Assembly: GCF_006345805.1 (NCBI RefSeq)
Contig: NC_043004.1
Location: 77,004,001 to 77,068,000, forward strand
Reading direction: 5' to 3'
DNA from: Octopus sinensis
Taxonomy: Eukaryota
DNA length: 64,000 nucleotides
Part shown: positions 25,400 through 38,892 of the stretch, one piece after another
Layout: each line of letters opens with the position of its first letter
How positions within the stretch are numbered: the stretch's first letter is position 1
Made by a program: the position numbers and the translations under genes
Notes under the pieces: generated by a model
Databases searched by the model: none
The model's input: the letters and a program-made list of their open reading frames with translations, nothing else
What the model was told of the DNA's origin: nothing

Positions 25400-26300
25400 A
25401 TTATTTATTAAAACAAATTACAGAGAAAACAAATGAGATGCTATTAATAGCAGATCTACCCAATCTCTTTTCCGGCTCTTCTAAGAAACTTATTCTTTTA
25501 TTATTATTTCTAGCAGCTACATCCGTCTTTGCGTGGGAGAACAATTCTTTTCTTAAAAGGATCTTCTTACGACAATCAATTATATTCTATGGTCAGTAAA
25601 CACAACTATTTAATCTTATATCAGGCTTATAACGTACAAGTGGAACGGCTGGATTGATAATACATAGGATCTACAAGCTTATGGATTATGAGTTCAACTC
25701 CTTTGCATCTCTACCTTTGTGTTTTGGGGTAAAACAATATCTGTCGAGAAAAGATTGCGAATTTCTGAGGATGGAGTTATTGTCAATATGGTCACTCTAA
25801 TAATACAAGCATCTGTCTTCAATCATTTAGCTTAACTTCCACTGACCCTAATGTGGCATATTAGGTGGAGGTATGCTAAAATGAGCTGTTGTTTAAGCCA
25901 CAGACTAGCCATAATCTAAACCATATAATAAAGGTTGTTCCAGATGTAACAGTCTTTCTCTCTGTATATTTACAAATTGTCACGGTTTGAGATAGACCTG
26001 ATTGCTATTTCTAGAAGGTCAATCAACCATTTATAGGCTCCTTCGTAGGCTAAAATTAGTTTTATCTCATGCAAAGGTAGATGATATTTGATGGGAAGAT
26101 CATGTTGAGAAGAAATATGCATGCTATAGATGAGGCATATTTCCACTGGTTGTAAACAGTATTCCAATACTAAACTCATTTGATTTCTAATTCACCGGAT
26201 TTGGTAAAATGTCTATCGCGGTTTCTATTTGAAATTACACCTGACTTACTCCTGGAAGGTGAATTGCAATCAGGAACTAAACGAAATGCTTGCTGCATTT
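25400..26300 (-). mobile_element. Old R4/Dong-like RT-region relic
   Basis: Colinear traces: AYEGAYKWLIDLLEI (cf. AYDSVPHxWL), IINPAVPLVRY..IDCRKKIL (cf. AINxxAVPVxxY..IDxKTRKxL), RIVLPRKDG (cf. RLYLPRKEGG). Confidence 0.5.
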
Positions 26301-26974
26301 TGAACATCAAAATTATGTATTGACCGTAACTTATCTTAAACATTGTTATTATTAAACATATTTAATACCTGTTGATTACGTATAAAGTAGCAGGCTGCAT
26401 ACGCTTGTAAATGTTCATCAACTAAGCACTATTCGATTCCTATTTTGCGTTCATATAATGATTTGTTGAAATTCTCTAAGAAATCTACCATATTTATATA
26501 ATACCATAAATGCATGACCCCTCGTGAGTTCACTCATGCTATATCTCGCCAATTTCCATTCCATTATTGTTCCCTCAAATCCGAAATATTTTCCTCATTT
26601 CCGACGTTTTACTAATAGTTATTTCCATGCTTTATCGGGCATGTAGATTTGGTTAAAAGCGACATAATAAATATTTACAAGGTAGCATGCCTGTAGGTGT
26701 TTTGTAAATGTGTTGAAGTATACTTATTTGAATCATTCCCATAATGCTATTAGCAAACCAACGAGACGGAACTAAGAGTTTATTTCCATGAACGTTCTTC
26801 GCGGGATTTTTATCACGAAAATAAGGTAAAGAAAACATATTGTACTAAAAACGATTGTAACGGAAATTAGATATTATGAATTTTGATTCAACGCATGATT
26901 ACTATTGGAGAAAATATATAAAAATAATGGATTAGTATTTATTCGTATATATCTTCGTGTTCTAATTCCTGCAG

Positions 26975-27009
26975 GGTTAAATGTGGCTGTTAACGTTTAT
27001 ATCAACGAG
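26975..27009 (+). CDS. Candidate 35-bp exon (G)LNVAVNVYINE
   Basis: TCTAATTCCTGCAG acceptor, GAG|GTATGG donor, only one open frame (phase 1 to 0). Resembles the beta1 strand of Cys-loop anion channels (GlyR VNVSCNIFINS). Confidence 0.35.
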
Positions 27010-27461
27010 GTATGGAGTATGTAGGTGAATAACATATATTATTATTGTTATTTTGACTGGATACATTTGAGCGAGCTCTATAACTCATCTGGTCGGGGGA
27101 TCACCTGATGAATATATCATCCTTATATTTTAAGTTCGTATTAGTATATTAAATATTGCGGACATAAAATAATTTAAAATGTAATTAGAAATACTCATGC
27201 AATGAGAAACAGACAAGGAAAAGATAACGATTAGTTCACTAATCCTTTCATTATCACTTCACTTCGAAATGTATGTTTTGCTGAGGCGATCTATCAAGAC
27301 TGAATTTTGTCCAGAATTTTCGCCCGTACAAGCCAATATCATTAAAATATCATTAGTTACAAAGATCATGTTGCTTCTCCGTATAAGTAATTAGAATTAT
27401 ATTTTTGATGTTCACTACATTAAATATATTAACACTAACTTAAATTTTGTTCTTTATGTAG

Positions 27462-27474
27462 TTGGCGTCCCTAG
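27462..27474 (+). CDS. Candidate 13-bp microexon (LASL-x)
   Basis: TTTTGTTCTTTATGTAG acceptor, TAG|GTAACT donor. Phase-compatible with 26975-27009. Confidence 0.2.
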
Positions 27475-27925
27475 GTAACTAAACTCGTTTTCACCTTTAT
27501 ATAACCTGCCATACTCTAATGCTCACTCTTGGAAGGATTTCAACTTAGTCCTGCAAGCTAATAAAACTCGTGCCGCATATATAATACACCCACATTATAG
27601 TAATAAATATAAACCTATATATGGTAAGGCAACAAGTTATACTGGTGTAATTACAAAACCAATTACTTTGACCGTGGAGATAGTGCAGAGTTACTGAAAG
27701 GCCACGGAATTGTGAGACCTTTTAACCGACATCCGACGGAGCTTAATTTTTTTTTTAATCTCAGTGATCAGAGTTTACAACATTGCAGCGAGTTACACGA
27801 AACGGTAGAGAACCGTACTAATTACATTACAGCAATTAGTTCCGTCCTCTAGCCTTCAGAGATCAAATTCCACACACGTAGACTTTCCTTATATTTTACT
27901 ACTTATCAATAAAATATCTACTATT

Positions 27926-28140
27926 AAGGCGGCGAGCTGGCAGAATTGTTAGCATGCCTGGTAAAATTCTTAGCGGCATTTCGTCCGTCTTCACGTTCTG
28001 AGTTCAAATTCCGTGGAGGTTGACTTTGCCTTTCATCCTTTCGGAGTCGACAGAATGAGTACCCGTTGAACACTGGGATTGATGTGATCAACCTGTCATC
28101 TGACCCGAAATCGCTGGCCTTGTGAAAAAAATTTTAAACC
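27926..28140 (+). mobile_element. SINE-B-family older subfamily copy
   Basis: GGCGGCGAGCTGGCAGAATTG head with the alternative tail GGCCTTGTG..AAACCAATA. Confidence 0.85.
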
Positions 28141-28614
28141 AATAAAATATGTACTAGTAATAACCTGAAGACACTCAACCCATTACATTCCCCCAACTAC
28201 ATTTGGCCCAGTCTAAATCAAAAGAACTCAATATCTTAAAATCTGAAGAGTACGCTGCAGACCCAAGTTGAATATTTTACGCAATCTAATTCAGTAGTTC
28301 ATATTTTTTCAGTTCAAACATACAGGAATCGCCTTTGTATTTCATATTTAAAGAGTAAAAAGGATCATATAATAAATAACTGAATAAATAGATAAGCAGC
28401 AATATTACAAATAAAATATGAAGTTGGTCGTGCCGAAAAAACAATACCACCAAAAGTCAGTAAAACTCCTTCTTAAATAAGTATAAAATCTAAACAAATA
28501 CACGAAACAGCAATTTCCCTCACGCTGTTTTTGGTAATAAGATACAATATAAACATTGTTGTGAAACTGGTGAGTCGCAAAGTAAGTAACTGCTTTTTAA
28601 TAGCATAATACTGT

Positions 28615-28830
28615 CTGAGGCAGCGAGCGGGCGGAATCGTTATCACGCCGGGTAAAATGCTTAGCGGTATTTCGTCCCTTTTCACGTTCTGAGATCAAAC
28701 ACCACCGAGGTCGACTGCTTTTCATCCTTTCAAGATTGATAAAATAAATACCAGTTGTTGTCCTCGGGTTGATGTAATCGATTTGCCCCTTTCCCCGAAA
28801 ATGCAGGTCCGATGCTAAAAATATGAAACC
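28615..28830 (+). mobile_element. SINE-B-family older subfamily copy
   Basis: Same head and core as 27926-28140, more diverged. Confidence 0.8.
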
Positions 28831-29258
28831 GATATTATAATACTGGATATAATACAGTAGAATTCTGCAAGAGAAGCAATAAAACTATTATGGTGTTTCA
28901 TTGCATTAAATGTTCTTGAAATTGTACCGGCTAACATTGTTGATAAAAGTGAAAGTGTTTCCGCGCCGGCTTCCGGTCATTCTTGCTAACTAGCGATTTT
29001 ACGGTTTCCTGTTATGACCAGCAGCTATTGAAATAACCATAAGGGTCATTAAGTGGCAAGTAACACTCTCAGCACCAGCATGTTTAATCATTTCGAATGC
29101 TAAGAAAATCATCTGGTGAACAGAAAAAATATCAATCTTTCGAATGACTGTCCTGTTGCAACCAATCAATGGCTATACAGTTGCAGCGAGATTATTGAAT
29201 GGAGGTTCGATCGTCTGCTTCTTATTCTCAGTGTTGAGTCTGTAATGGAAATATATAT

Positions 29259-29487
29259 TTCGTTATTGCCCACAAGGGGCTAAACATACAGGGGACAAAC
29301 AAAAACAGACAAAGGGATTAAGTCGATTACATCAACCCCAGTGCGCAACTGGTACTTTATTTATCGACCCCGAAAGGATGAAAGGCAAAGTCGACCTCGG
29401 CGGAATTTGAACTCAGAACGTAACGGCAGACGGAATACCGCAAAGCATTTCGCTCGGCGCGCTAACGCTCCTGCCAGCTCGCCGCCT
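29259..29487 (-). mobile_element. SINE-B, full length, 19-bp TSD
   Basis: TSD CTGTAATGGAAATATATAT at 29240-29258 and 29491-29509. Confidence 0.92.
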
Positions 29488-30451
29488 ATGCTGTAATGGA
29501 AATATATATAGTCAGTACAAGGTGTTGATGTGGCTACGTGTAAGTTATTACATAAAGAGATGAAGAATAAATTCCAGCTCTATATATTTACTACATAAAA
29601 ATATTTTTTATTTACTGATCGATGATACATAGAATCAAAATGTAGAATCTAGTTGAACGAAGAAATCTATGCAAGAAAGTTCAGAATTAGAAAATGTAGA
29701 AATAACAGCTAAGCGGTGGTTTTCAGTCATGTGGCGTAGAGAAACAGACAGACATAGCAATGACGTGAATGGCTCTAAGTCTAATCGACTAAGAAGCGAA
29801 GATTTGGGTTAGCATGCTGTTTTTATTAATGGAATGCTAGACATTCTAGAAACTTCTAAGAGAAACGCTAAGTTTCTTGAATAATTAAGAATCACGTCTC
29901 ATGACACAGATGCTTTAAGAAACTTAGAAAAGGGAGATCATTCAGCTATTTAGCTACCGCTACACATCCACCATCAACGCTCTGAACTATTACTGATTAA
30001 TCAATTTTATATATCTATAAATGGGTACAAGAGAACGCATAGGTTATCACCGTGGACAGGTCAAGTAAAGACAGTGTTGTTGTTTAGTTAAAGGAGAAAG
30101 GACTCTGCTTATGACCTTCTTGAGAGTCGTCAAAAGAATAACGAGGAAAGAAAGAATTACTATGAGATCAGAGATGTCTGAATGCTTACAATAAAGTGGT
30201 CTTTGCTAAATGTATCTAAAGCTGAGATGATGGTCTTCGGCCAGGTAAAGGATGAAGCCTAACACCCAAGAACAGAGACTGTGTTTCCGACGAGCTTCCA
30301 CGAAGTGTCTACCGAATTTCATTTACAAGACTTGGACTAACCAAACATATTGTAGAAAACAATTACCAGGGAAATTACCTTTTAATTGAGAAGCAAACTT
30401 CTTAATCACACAGGAATGTCTATGCCCATGCTATATTCTCACTACAAAATG

Positions 30452-31636
30452 CGAGGGGTATTTGAGGACATATTTGGTAATTTAATAACCAACTCTAATG
30501 TAGCAAAAACGAAATGTATATGTTCTCGATAAGCTTTCTTATACGGTTATTCGATGATTCTACCTTCCACTTCGATGACTATTTTAATATGGAGACAGAG
30601 TCTTTGACATATCCGCACTAAAAGGTTTTTATTCACTTTAGACAATGGCGGCCTTCAGCGAAGCTATGGTATTTTGAGGATATAGATTAGTTCCCCTTTC
30701 CACAATGCACCAAACCTAGTAGTCCATGCGATTTAGATGTGGTGAGTTTAACGGCTGTAAGTTTGATATTACATGGTCTTAAAGATTGTCTAATATATTT
30801 TGGGGTCACGAGGGTTTCGTGAGGAGATGCTGAGTCTTGTTAAAACACTACATAACCCTTCCACTGCTAACTTTATCCATTTAAGACTTCACAACTGTCT
30901 CCAGTACTTCAAAGTATCCAGTAGCATAAACTATCTGACCTTGTGGAAAGATAGGAGGTAAAATGGCATGACCTTCATTACTCACAATTACAGTCGCTGA
31001 AAACTTAGAGCGTATCACTATGTGGACAATAGAAGAATCCGCACATAACCATTTGTCATTTCTGCTAGTGTTTTAATCTTGATCGAAAATTTTCTCATCA
31101 GAAAAGAACCGAAGCGTGCCATGTTTGTAATGGGTTTTAACACCGTTAAGTAACCGCTTGACACGGAAAAAATTGTTTCCTTGTGACCTTTCGTAGATAT
31201 GAATTGGATTCTCTTCGGTACATACGACTTAAATCGAATGTCTTCATACACTACAGATCACCCCGACACCTAAAGATTTATGGCGACTGCTCTCGTTTAT
31301 TTCCAGGATCATCAACTATAATGTTTTGAACCTGTTGGAAGAATTGCAGTGTCTTTATAGTGTCTGAATGTTCAGATTGTTTTTTCTATTCTCTTTGATG
31401 CAATTGAAACCTTTCCTCCAGAGGCATACTATTGTATCTCATCTTTGCTAACAAAAGATCTTGCAACATTTAGATAGTTGGCAAATTCTTAATTGTTGTG
31501 TTCCGCATATATGGCAACAATGACTGAATGTATTTTCTTGTGTTTGCATTTATCTCCCACGAAAGAAAAAAAAACCCTTTTAATTGGTTTGAAGATAGTA
31601 ATATGCCGATAATTAAGTATCCTGAAGTACCCTTCG
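30452..31636 (-). mobile_element. Tc1/mariner superfamily DD37D (maT-like) transposon, near full length, degraded
   Basis: Minus translation: VIVAIYAEHN..NVARSF..VVYEDIRFKSY..FSDEKIFDQD..SNEGHAILPPIFPQG..EVLETVVK. Imperfect terminal IR CGAGGGGTATTTGAGGA / TCCTGAAGTACCCTTCG. Confidence 0.8.
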
Positions 31637-32049
31637 CACCCTATTCATATTCGCCGAAATTCAGAATTCTAGTCCCTAACTCGTTCTGAAAACTCTTTTG
31701 ACGTCAAAACATCAACATGTGACATATAAAAACGCTTGTTCTACTTTATATTCTACAGCCACAGTGTGGATAGAGATGAGAGGGAAAAAGAAGAAAGTGG
31801 AAGAATCTGCTGCTTAAGAACAGCTGGTTCATTTGCATAATATTACATATAAGTTTTGAAGAAGACACTCTAGCTCCACTTAAAAATTGTAAGGGGACAC
31901 CAACATCCTAATCTTGAATCTCGACACAAATTCTCTTCAAAGGATATGTCGACAACTAATCAACCAACTAAACAGAGAATCGCACTGCCAAGCTTTTGGC
32001 ACCAACCCCGACTGAGACTACCTCTGATTCTAATATATAAAACTTTGCT

Positions 32050-33218
32050 TTAAATCCATAATTGAAGAATGCGTCCTAAGGTTCGATGACATCATACATT
32101 GTCTATTGGTGTATTTACCCCCATATTGTCCTTAAGAAGTCCTTCTCCCGAGACAACTTGTACAGTGTATTGTCTTTCTATGTCCGAATGTATACGAAAA
32201 TGTGAAATATAGCTGAACGGAACTATATTTCAGTCAACGCTACTTCGTGGGCCTCTAATTCATACATTACTATGCTCGTTTAAGTTTTTAGCACCTCGTG
32301 CCAAATTTCCTCCTCTCTAGCGGCCTTGCCACAAGGAAGCACTTTAATCGCCTTTATGATTTCAGCTTCTGTGAGGTTAGCCTTCGCCCCTAGATTCACC
32401 TGATATCAATCAGATTTTATCTTGACTGCATTTCGGAGATCAACAAAGTATTCTCTTCACCTCCCAAAAATGCACTCATCTGTAGTGAGAAGAGACAGAG
32501 TGGAGTTCTTATGGTAGGTGTGGAAATTAGCAGATGGTCTGCCAAAATATTTTATCGGCAAATCTAAAGTCAGAATCCAGCTTCATCCCAAAGTCCTCAC
32601 ATGGCTTAAATTTAGTCGTTTGTACTGTTTCTCCAGTAAGTGTTTGCTCGTCAATGTACCAACTGATCAAAAGGGGACACTTGTTTCCAAACCAAGCTTT
32701 GTAAGTCTCTTCCTTTGCTCGGATGGCATCCTTAACTTCCTGGTTAAACTATGGTTTTTGTTTTAGCTGCCTGGAACTACATCGAGCCGTTTTTCTCCAC
32801 ACTATTGTACAGCCGAAGAAACTGCCGAACAAAGCAGTCTCCACTCCGTTTTAACATCTTCAGTCTCTTCTTGGAAGGTCTTTAAATTTGGATGCAACAA
32901 TGATCGTATATTTGTTTATGATCCCATCGTCTGCCACAGATTTTCACTTTATCCTACAATAGCGTTGAACTTGCCAGTTTTCTAGGTTCTCCCGGCAGTT
33001 GATAATTTCAAGTTGCAGACAACTTGGTGATGATCAGATGTAGTACTGCCCCTCTCTTTACACGAACGTCTAGCACAGAATCAAGGAGGTCAAGGAAGAT
33101 AATAAAATCTCACTCACCTCTGTACCAAAGTATCCTTATATCAGGGGCACACCTGTGATGTAGAACGTGTTCGTAATGCAGAGCCCATTTACAACACAGA
33201 AGTCTAGTAAAATTTAGG
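32050..33218 (-). mobile_element. RTE-clade LINE fragment (end of APE through start of RT)
   Basis: LLDFCVVNGLCITNTF, DVRVKRGA..SDHHQVVCNL, EVKDAIRAKEETYKAW, LTEAEIIKAIKVLPCGKAA. The left boundary is approximate. Confidence 0.8.
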
Positions 33219-33522
33219 GTATCTCTCCAGGTTGAGCCGATACTTTTCTACATTGAGAGGTCACAGCTACAGGCATGTAATTGGAATGTTGTGGAAAAGA
33301 ATCGCATGACAGATTCTTCAAGCTCAGCTATCCGGCAGAAGACCCAGAGGTAGACCAAGAACGAAATGGCTGGGTAATATCCATAGTCTTAGCTGGTCAT
33401 GCTTGGGAATCCAGCTGCAAATCTAATGTCAGCTGCTTCCGGCAGACCCCTATAGAGGAGTTGCACCCCCCACCAACACTCCTAGGAATAGTGGCCGGCG
33501 AAAATGGATGGATGGATGGATG
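33219..33522 (+). mobile_element. RTE-clade LINE 3' end with (GGAT)n tail
   Basis: LQVEPILFYIERSQL..RPRGRPRTKWL-like C-terminus. Ends GAAAATGGATGGATGGATGGATG, as in Rex3/Expander-type RTEs. Confidence 0.8.
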
Positions 33523-33889
33523 AATAAGTATTTTGCAAACGCATTGATATTTCCACACGTAAATGTTGCTTCTGTGTCTAGGAGTTTCTAGGCCCATATG
33601 TAACTATACAACCTTCAAATTAACTTTGCTATTAGAAACAGCAGCCAAATCTCCTTCAAGTTATGCCGTCCTGTTTTTAAAATGGATAGTCTGAATAGTG
33701 TTGTGAGGGGTGGGCTGAGCTCAAAAAGAGTTGTAAAGTCCACAATTAGACTACTTTTTGAAAGATAGTGTGCACCAACGGAGATGACATGAGATTAAAT
33801 GGCCACAAAATAGATCTATGAGAATGTGTGGGTGTGTGTTTATGTGTGTGTATAAAATCTTATGAATAAATGTAGAACAAAGAATTAAT

Positions 33890-35010
33890 GAAAGCGGATC
33901 AGTCTGAAGGACCTACTCCAGACTAGAAGTGCACAATGGCGGACGTGACTCACAGCACTAAACCTCCTACAAAAAAAGAATACCAAAAAGAAAATTCTTT
34001 GTCATAATTTACATGATTATTCAAAGCAAACTGAACGTTTTTATTTATTTATTTGTCATTAGGCTAACAAAAAACAAAAGGCTAACAAAAGTAAACAAGT
34101 GATAAATATAGATATCATCCAGTCTAACAATAATGTTATACAAAGCCCTGGAAAATACGGTTGATTCGTCGAATGGGGTTTTCGTTAGTAGCGTTAATAA
34201 CATAAGTGAAATGTGACGTAAAGAAGAAGAAGAAGAAGAAGAAGAAGAAGAAGAAACAAAAGCTATAAAACAAATGAAATCCAAACTAAAACTAGAACAG
34301 CAATAGACCATGATAAAACGATGCCAAGAAAAGCCCCTTCATGGCAAATACTGGACTAAACTAAATGCAAAAGATATAAACAAAGAAAATCCCAGCAATG
34401 GTTGAGAAACTCAGGACTCAAAGCAGAGACGGAGGGATTTTTAATTGCAGCACAAGACCAAAGCCTCCCCACCTTCCCTGTATAGCTATCAGGCTATCAG
34501 GTCTGAAATTGTAGGCGCGAGGGCTAGTCGACCCCAGTGCGTAACTGGTACTTAATTCATGGACCCCAAAAGGTCCGCGAAAATATGTAGGATAATATCA
34601 AGACAAGACAATTGGGAATTACATATACGTGTAGAGAATAAAATAATAACTATTAAATTCATTACAACAAAATTCCCGAATAGTAGGTGTGTTAACTGAT
34701 GGTAACTTAGGGACCTCACCATCCTTTTAGACAATCAACACTCGACACAAAACCATGCAGCACTAATTATACATCACATACGGAACAACATGCACCAAGC
34801 AGTTAAGTAACAGAACTTCCATTGCACATATTCTACACAACAGATGAAGCACGTAGTTAGAGAAGCATAACAAACCCCATAGCAATGTAACACTGATGAA
34901 ACACAACTCCTTTACATCTCCCAAATGCACATATCTCAGAAACATGCCGGTGTACCTGACGGTGAAGTTTGTACCTTGCATGAAACTGTTAACGCATGAT
35001 GATAATAGTT
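33890..35010 (+). mobile_element. R4/Dong-clade LINE, fragmented (interrupted by microsatellite and SINE pieces)
   Basis: KPLHGKYW..QWLRNSGLKAETEGFLIAAQDQSLPT at 34312-34473 is diagnostic. Upstream GGR..TSYKK, downstream AHILH and a 3' UTR ending TGATGATAATAG. Confidence 0.75.
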
Positions 35011-35213
35011 TTTTTAATTTAGGCGAAGGCAACGATTTATGGGATTAAATCGACCCAGCATTTAACAAGTACTTCAGCTTTATATTTTCTAACTTGAAGA
35101 AGCCATTTACATGATGTCAAACCTGAAACCGCACTGCACTGAGCTCCTGCGACAACACTCGCCTCTAGCTAGTTCAATGTTCAAACTAGCTAATTGTAAA
35201 TGTGTATATAAGG

Positions 35214-35445
35214 AAGCGAGCTGGCAGAAACGTTAGCACGCCGGGCGAAATACTGAACGGTATTTCGTCTGCCGCTTCGTTCTGAGTTCAAATTCCGCCG
35301 AGGTCGACTTTGCCTTTCATCCTCTCGGGGTCGATTAAATAAGTACCAGTTATGCACTGGGGTCGATATAATCGACTTAATCCGTTTGTCTGTCCGTGTT
35401 CGTCCTCTCTGTGTTTAGCCCCTTGTGGGTAATAAAGAAATAGGT
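35214..35445 (+). mobile_element. SINE-B, full length
   Basis: Head through AAAGAAATAGGTA tail. Confidence 0.9.
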
Positions 35446-35982
35446 ATTAAGACGTATCAGACAAAAGCGAATCTTTGATGCACTTTAGGTTGCAATACTG
35501 AATTTAATGTTACCCCATACTAAGATGCTCTTTCAAAAAGATTAAATACTGCTTATATACGCACGGAAATGGAATCTTCAATGGTTTTCTTATATATCGT
35601 CCAATGAATTGGTATTTCCGAAAGCATTTCGATAGTTTTCTATCTTTGCCTTCAAAAAATAATTGTTTGTATGCGAGAGAACGGGGAAGCCTCTACGTGG
35701 TTATTAGTCCTGTAAGAAATAGCAGTCGAAACTCCTTCAAATTACACTCTTATATATCAATTAATGTATTACTCAGTTCCTTTCACATAGGAAAAAGTTG
35801 GGATAGTCACGGCGGTTATGCTTTGATCCTAAGTCAATCAGAGTTGCTTCAGAGCAAAAACCAACAATTAATTGTGTGGCTGTTTATAATAGACTAATTC
35901 TAATTTTAAAAATACTAATACAATATTCATAATGTCTGTGAAGACATCGATTCCTGGTTGAAAGTTTTTCATTTTACTTCAG

Positions 35983-36006
35983 CCAAGAATCTTCCGTGGA
36001 ATTCAC
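35983..36006 (+). CDS. Candidate 24-bp microexon
   Basis: GTTTTTCATTTTACTTCAG acceptor, CAC|GTACGT donor. All three frames open. Confidence 0.2.
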
Positions 36007-36094
36007 GTACGTCCCATTATTATCTCTCCCAAACTGTATTAATAAGATGTTATTGCACGCAACATAGTATGATCATTATTTCTCAGATCGGAAG

Positions 36095-36290
36095 GCGGCG
36101 AGCTGGCTGAACCGTTAGCACGCCGGGTGAAATACATAGCAGTATTTTGTCTGCCGTTACGTTCTGATTTCAACTTTGCCGTCCATCCTTTCGGGGTCGA
36201 TAAATTAAGTACCAGTTGAACACTGGGATCGATGTAATCGACTATCACCCTCCCCCAAAATTTCAGGCCTTGTGCCTATAGTAGAAAGGA
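36095..36290 (+). mobile_element. SINE-B-family older subfamily copy
   Basis: GGCGGCGAGCTGGCTGAACCG head, tail GGCCTTGTGCCTATAGTAGAAAGG. Confidence 0.85.
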
Positions 36291-37599
36291 TTATTTCTCA
36301 GCTAGGGGAAGGTGAAGTTGATTTTGGTCATCCTCCCCACAACAAATGACAATTGGTGAATTTTTATATACAGCCTAATACAAAATCACAAAAAGTCTTT
36401 GTACGTCATATCTTGTGAAAGCAGTTCTGTAAGAACTAAGCTGGCCGAACCTAAGTTCGACTTAGCTCGGACACCACTTTATTGCTGCTTGGATTTGAAT
36501 CCACAATCTCTATTTCCTTACTACTTGAAGTCAATATTGCGGTTACTTGTTCTTGAATACCATCTTTCCGAAGTAGTCTAGTACAGTATGAGTCGTACGA
36601 TTAGGATGAATAAACTACTGCTTTAACTATAGTCAGTAAAATCGATATTCTTTAAAATCCCGATAGAGAAAAGTTTTATTTTAGATATAATATCAAAATA
36701 GTTCCAAAGTTTGGAGTAACAGAAATTCTAATATTATAAAAGAGAACGTCATATCTATAGAAAAAATGCTGCAGGAAATAAAGTATTTTGAGATAGAGAA
36801 GGAAATTGTTTTTTATAGCCAACGATGCATTTTCAAACGTGCGTTGATGATAGAATAATCAGTATATATAACTTGTTATAAAACTCAGATAAAGTGACGC
36901 ACTGTAACTAATAAAGTACCACTCTGTGCACGTGTGATAAGACTAGAAAAAAACTAGTGGGCTGTGACCTTTGGAATTCATCTATGATGCTTGATGTAAA
37001 AGAAATAATTTCTCATTAATCTAACATGTAGTAAGGTTACCTATCGCACTTTAACATACTGAATACTTGAATTTAGTAATCATGGCATAAAACATTAAAC
37101 TTCAAATCAAAAATATATTTATAGGTGGCCTCTCTTGCCCGCTTCAATTCCACATTATGTGCTGCACTACTTTTTAAATATAATATACATACACATGTGT
37201 GTGTATGTATGTATGTATGTATGTATGTATGTATGTATGTATTATGTATGTATGTATGAATGCATGAATATCAGAGTCTCTCACTCCCATCTGTTGCATG
37301 ACTGTTGACTCTACTGTGTCCATCTGCTCTTTGACAGGTTTTGCTTTTCATCCTGCAGGGTGCTCAACGAAAACCACCCTCCTTGGTATGGTTGCCGGTT
37401 TAGTCGACGAACGCCCAATCATGTGACAGGTTATAGTGGATTACATGTTACCACTAGCTCTAGGAGTGACCCTGACATGTAATACCTGCGACTTCATTTG
37501 CATCGAATGCAGCAGACTAGTCCTTTTTTGTTTAGAAAGTGGGATTGATCTTGTGCAAGGCCTAAAAAAGCTTCAGGCACAGATGTCGCTTAATTGTCA

Positions 37600-37850
37600 A
37601 CACCTTTACTATACGTTACATACTATGGCTGGCCGAAGCCGAAAAATGCAAAACATTCAAGGAAAAATTCCATTGACAGAAAAAAGTACATGCGTCAGTT
37701 TGGATGGTAACTCTCAGAACACATACTGGAAGAGGCAATGATCGTTGCAACATCTGTGGAAAAGAGTGTGGTTTCCTCGCAGGACTGAATAGCGACATCC
37801 GAGCTGCTTTAAGAAAACAGTCAAGCTCCTGCATTTGCTTGAAACTGAGT
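37600..37850 (+). mobile_element. Probable RTE-type LINE C-terminal relic with degenerate C2H2-like motif
   Basis: RCNICGKECGFLAGLNSDIR preceded by a MAGRSRK (cf. LAADRSxW) segment. Single motif with His replaced. Confidence 0.45.
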
Positions 37851-38029
37851 TCAAGCAATCACGTGTATTTATGAATACATCTGGTGTGCTTGATGGCTGA
37901 TATTGGGACGAATTTTCGTCTCACTTAGATATTCATTGGGTTTTTTAACACAGTATGTCCATAAGAGATGTTATCTCAGGACAAATATTGCAGTAACTAG
38001 CCTATCAACAGTGTTTATATTCTTTTATT

Positions 38030-38260
38030 CTTTTATTATTTTACTTGTTTCAAGTCATATGACAGCGGTCATACTGGAGCACAGTGTTCAAAGGCTTTAG
38101 CCGAAGAAACCGACCCCACGACTTACTTTTTGTAACCTAATACCTATTTTATCAGTCTCTTTCGCTGAACAGCTAAGTTACGCGGACGCAAACACATCAA
38201 CATTGGTTTTCAAGCGATGGGGGGGGGGGCGTAAACACAGACACAAAGACACACACATAA
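38030..38260 (-). mobile_element. SINE-A 3' half, diverged
   Basis: TTTTACTTGTTTCAAGTCATATGACAGCGG.. matches the reverse of the SINE-A tail and body. Confidence 0.75.
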
Positions 38261-38393
38261 ATATACATGCATACATACACACACATACACATATATATAC
38301 AGCAAAAATTTAGATTCGGATGAATATGGTACGTAAGTTGAAGCACCAGAATTTAGTACGGTATTATCCATACAATTTCAAAATATGGTCATT

Positions 38394-38731
38394 AAAATCA
38401 AAATAAGCAACAAGGATATCCAGAGGCAGTGCAGTACGATCGTTTCAAGCAACTCCATTTAATTGATCAATGCAATCATTACCTCAGTTTAAAGACAGGG
38501 CAATCCTCAGCTGCATAAAAACATAGAATTTAATTAAATTAAAACAGATGGGCACATTAGTATACTTTTACCTAAAATCTCCAAGAAATTAAGGAGATAG
38601 ACAGAGAACATGCTATCTTCACTTCTTGCTCTGCATTTAAATTGATGTAATGACTGCATCGTTCAATTAAATAGAGTTACTTGAAACGACCGTACTGCAT
38701 TACCTCTAGATATACTAGTTGCTCATTTTGG

Positions 38732-38735
<4 letters not shown>
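38394..38735. mobile_element. MITE with about 89-bp terminal inverted repeats
   Basis: 38394-38482 and 38647-38735 are reverse complements at roughly 85% identity by eye. Confidence 0.75.
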
Positions 38736-38767
<32 letters not shown>

Positions 38768-38809
38768 TTGAATACCTTGTATTTCACATATGATCTTACC
38801 ATCTAGATC

Positions 38810-38861
<52 letters not shown>

Positions 38862-38892
38862 TGTATGTATATCTGTATATGTATGCGTGTAT

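Noticed and set aside
25438-25599. 53-aa ORF resembling signal peptide + dibasic site (KKLILLLLFLAATSVFA-WENNSFLKR)
   Set aside because: It lies antisense to the degraded R4-like relic (RIVLPRKDG on the minus strand), and the hydrophobic run derives from a (TTA)n-like stretch.
35214-35300. tRNA genes at SINE heads (this and other copies)
   Set aside because: They have A/B boxes but no complete cloverleaf and are always followed by the SINE body and tail.
37713-37815. C2H2 zinc-finger gene fragment
   Set aside because: Single finger, His replaced by Asp, no tandem array. The context fits a LINE C-terminus.
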